From Somniosus microcephalus (Eukaryota), in the NCBI GenBank assembly GCA_052327205.1, contig CM126228.1, positions 20,150,001 to 20,214,000 on the forward strand: a stretch of 64,000 bases of DNA, given 5' to 3'. This document shows positions 61,711-64,000 of the stretch, in pieces. Both the position numbers and the translations under genes were made by a program. A model generated the notes under the pieces. That model made no database searches. It had not been told where the DNA came from and saw nothing but the letters and a program-made list of their open reading frames with translations. Each line of letters begins with the position of its first letter. The first letter of the stretch is position 1.

Positions 61711-63120
61711 ATAGAACACTCAGCAGACATTTGTTTTGTATACTTTACTATGTGCATTTGTCTTGTTTTCTTAAGTCTGGAATCATTTTTATTTTTGTAA
61801 TTTCAATATGTGCTTTTAGTTTGAACGGTTTACCATTTTTACAAGTCAAATTATTTTGACATTGCATTTTAATTTTTTGTAAACTTGTACGTCATTTGCA
61901 CACAGTTTAAAATAATGTACATTGCAAAAAAAAAAACAATGACTAATGCAGAAAATTGTGACTATGAAACAGTGGTGAGAAAATGCACTAAGCCAAGTGG
62001 ACACATTTTATTGGTGAAACACAAAAAGCCACCAAGCACAGTCTACTTGTTTTACAAATGGAATGAATTCCATTTTGGCAAATACACAGTTGAAATATAC
62101 GTGCATGAGATTTTTTTTTCCCAAAAAATTTCATTTGAAAACAAATTAAAAGTGTTTTAAGTCCAAGCAGTAAAGTGCATTTGTTTTCCCCAGCAGTATA
62201 TATTAGACATTTTCTGATAGCTTAAATGTTTCTTAAACATGTGATGCCAGCAAAACCAGCAAATGAATGCAGAACATGGTACGCATGTGTTATCTACCTC
62301 AAGGTAACGGCAATGAGTGGCTGACCTTGAGCCACCTACAGTGCTTCACAGCATGCACGTGAACTTAGCCAGCATCGCTGTACTCGCAGCTATTCCCCGT
62401 TTGAAAAGCTGTCAGTACTTGTGATGCTCTGGTATGCATTTTCCATAGTAAAGTGTTCGGAGACATTATTTATTTTAGCAGATGTAAGATTTTTTCTGTA
62501 TTTATTTTAATTTTATAGTTTCATTGTGACTTTAAAATGAATTTGAGGCATTTTGAAGCTAACTTTGTGTTTAGCACTATGGTTAATTGTGTAAAATGAA
62601 AACCTCCTTGTCCTGATGCTTTCCCTGCCTTTAGAATTGGCTTGTTTTGAAAAGAGCATTCACTACATATATAGGAATTGGCACATTCTAGTGGTGCTTG
62701 ACTCCCCATTAAATACAACTTTTAACAATTTAGAATCCATTTCAAAACTGAATTTTGGAAATGCTCCAAGAAGTCTTAAATACTGTATTTAATTTGTTAA
62801 AACTGATGAGACTAGAATTCTCTGCATGGAAATAACTGAGTTACAAACATTACTGTAAAAGTTAAAACTATAGACTACAGTAAGATGAATGTTGAATTTT
62901 CATCTTTATTTTTATTGTACCTTTTTATTAAATTTGTAATTTCTCAAGCCAGCATGATTTCCATAGGTTCAGAATATAGCATGTAGAATTATTTCTGGAA
63001 ATTTATTTGCATTTACCAATTTAGATACTAAGTTTCTGTATTACTGGTTCTCGCCCTCTTCCCTACCACCCCCACCACCCCCCAATCCAAAAAGGAACAA
63101 ATAAACATAACCAGAACCTG
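61711..63120 (+). promoter_or_regulatory. MAPK6: MAPK6 3'UTR (U-rich) with miRNA seed matches and candidate poly(A) signals
   Basis: CTACCTCA (let-7 8mer) 62294-62301; AGTCTTAA (miR-499-5p 8mer) 62772-62779; ATACTGTA (miR-144-3p 8mer) 62780-62787; ATTAAA at 62708 and 62927, AATAAA at 63100. Exact end unknown. Confidence 0.65.
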
Positions 63121-63253
63121 AATGCTTGTGGCTTGCTGTGTTACCTGAATTTTAATAGGATTTCTGCCCAGAATTTTTAAGTCTAAAGAAAACCTTTGTT
63201 GAGTTGGGCATTTGTTGTAAATAGAACAAATGGTTCCTCTAGTGCATGATACT

Positions 63254-63723
63254 AAAAGAAAAAAGAAAGACTTGCATTTATATAGCGCCTTTCACGACCA
63301 CCAGACGTCCCAAAGCGCTTTACAGCCAATGAAGTATTTTTGGGGTATAGTCACTGTTGTAATGTAGAAAACGCGGCAGCCAATTTGAATACAGCAAGCT
63401 CCCACAAACAGCAATGTGATAATGACCAGATAATCTGTTTTTGTTATGTTGGTTGAGGGATAAATATTGGCCAGGACACTGGGGATAACTCCCCTGCTCT
63501 TCTTTGAAATAATGCCATGGGATCTTTTACATCCACCTGAGAGCGCAGACGGGGCCTCGGTTTAACGTCTCATCCGAAAGATGGCACCTCCGACTGTGCA
63601 GCACTCCCTCAGCACTGCACTGGAATGTCAGCCTAGCTTTATGTGCTCAAGTCCCTGGAGTGGGACTTGAACCAACAATCTTCTGACTCTGAGGCGAGGG
63701 TGCTGCCCACTGAGCCACAGCTG
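63254..63723 (-). mobile_element. Full-length SacSINE1-like Deu-domain SINE
   Basis: Nearly identical to 29509-29983. Confidence 0.9.
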
Positions 63724-64000
63724 AGAAATGAGCAACTAGAAGACTCCTGTTGGGCTCAAAGATTACTCTGCTGTTATCCTTGAGAGGAAGGCTGAACATT
63801 TGTGAACCAACCTGCTTCTAAAAATAAAACATTTAAATCGTACTGCACAGTTAGCAAAAGTGGAATGGAGAATTTGATTTAACATTTAGTGGGCAGCCAT
63901 TTGAATCCCATTTGCAGTTTGTTCTGCTCAGTAGAAACTACTGTTTTTTTGACCAAGGAGATATATTGCAAAACAAAACTTGATTAATTTTATTAAATGT

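Overview
Vertebrate genomic DNA, most likely from a shark or other cartilaginous fish (SacSINE1/Deu-domain SINEs, an HE1-like V-SINE, abundant CR1 LINEs, Penelope-like elements). The right half holds a complete atypical MAP kinase gene, MAPK6/ERK3, on the + strand. It has a CpG-island promoter at about 39.3-40.3 kb, a long exon-2 5'UTR with uORFs, five coding exons (555+145+165+202+1135 nt, 733 aa, SEG activation loop, FHIEDE motif) and a 3'UTR with let-7, miR-499 and miR-144 8mer sites. The left 39 kb is repeat-rich intergenic DNA. It contains an RPS15A processed pseudogene split by nested insertions, a miniature two-LTR Gypsy-type element whose primer-binding position is complementary to its own LTR, a solo LTR of the same family, and PIF/Harbinger-type MITEs. 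It also carries many Penelope-like insertions with minimal, dimer-type hammerhead ribozyme motifs (two families, several flanked by 10-14 bp target-site duplications), a ~355-bp inverted duplication and a perfect 44-bp-arm palindrome next to the promoter. Everything was read by eye. Repeat boundaries are approximate unless fixed by TSDs or TIRs, and family names were not checked against databases.
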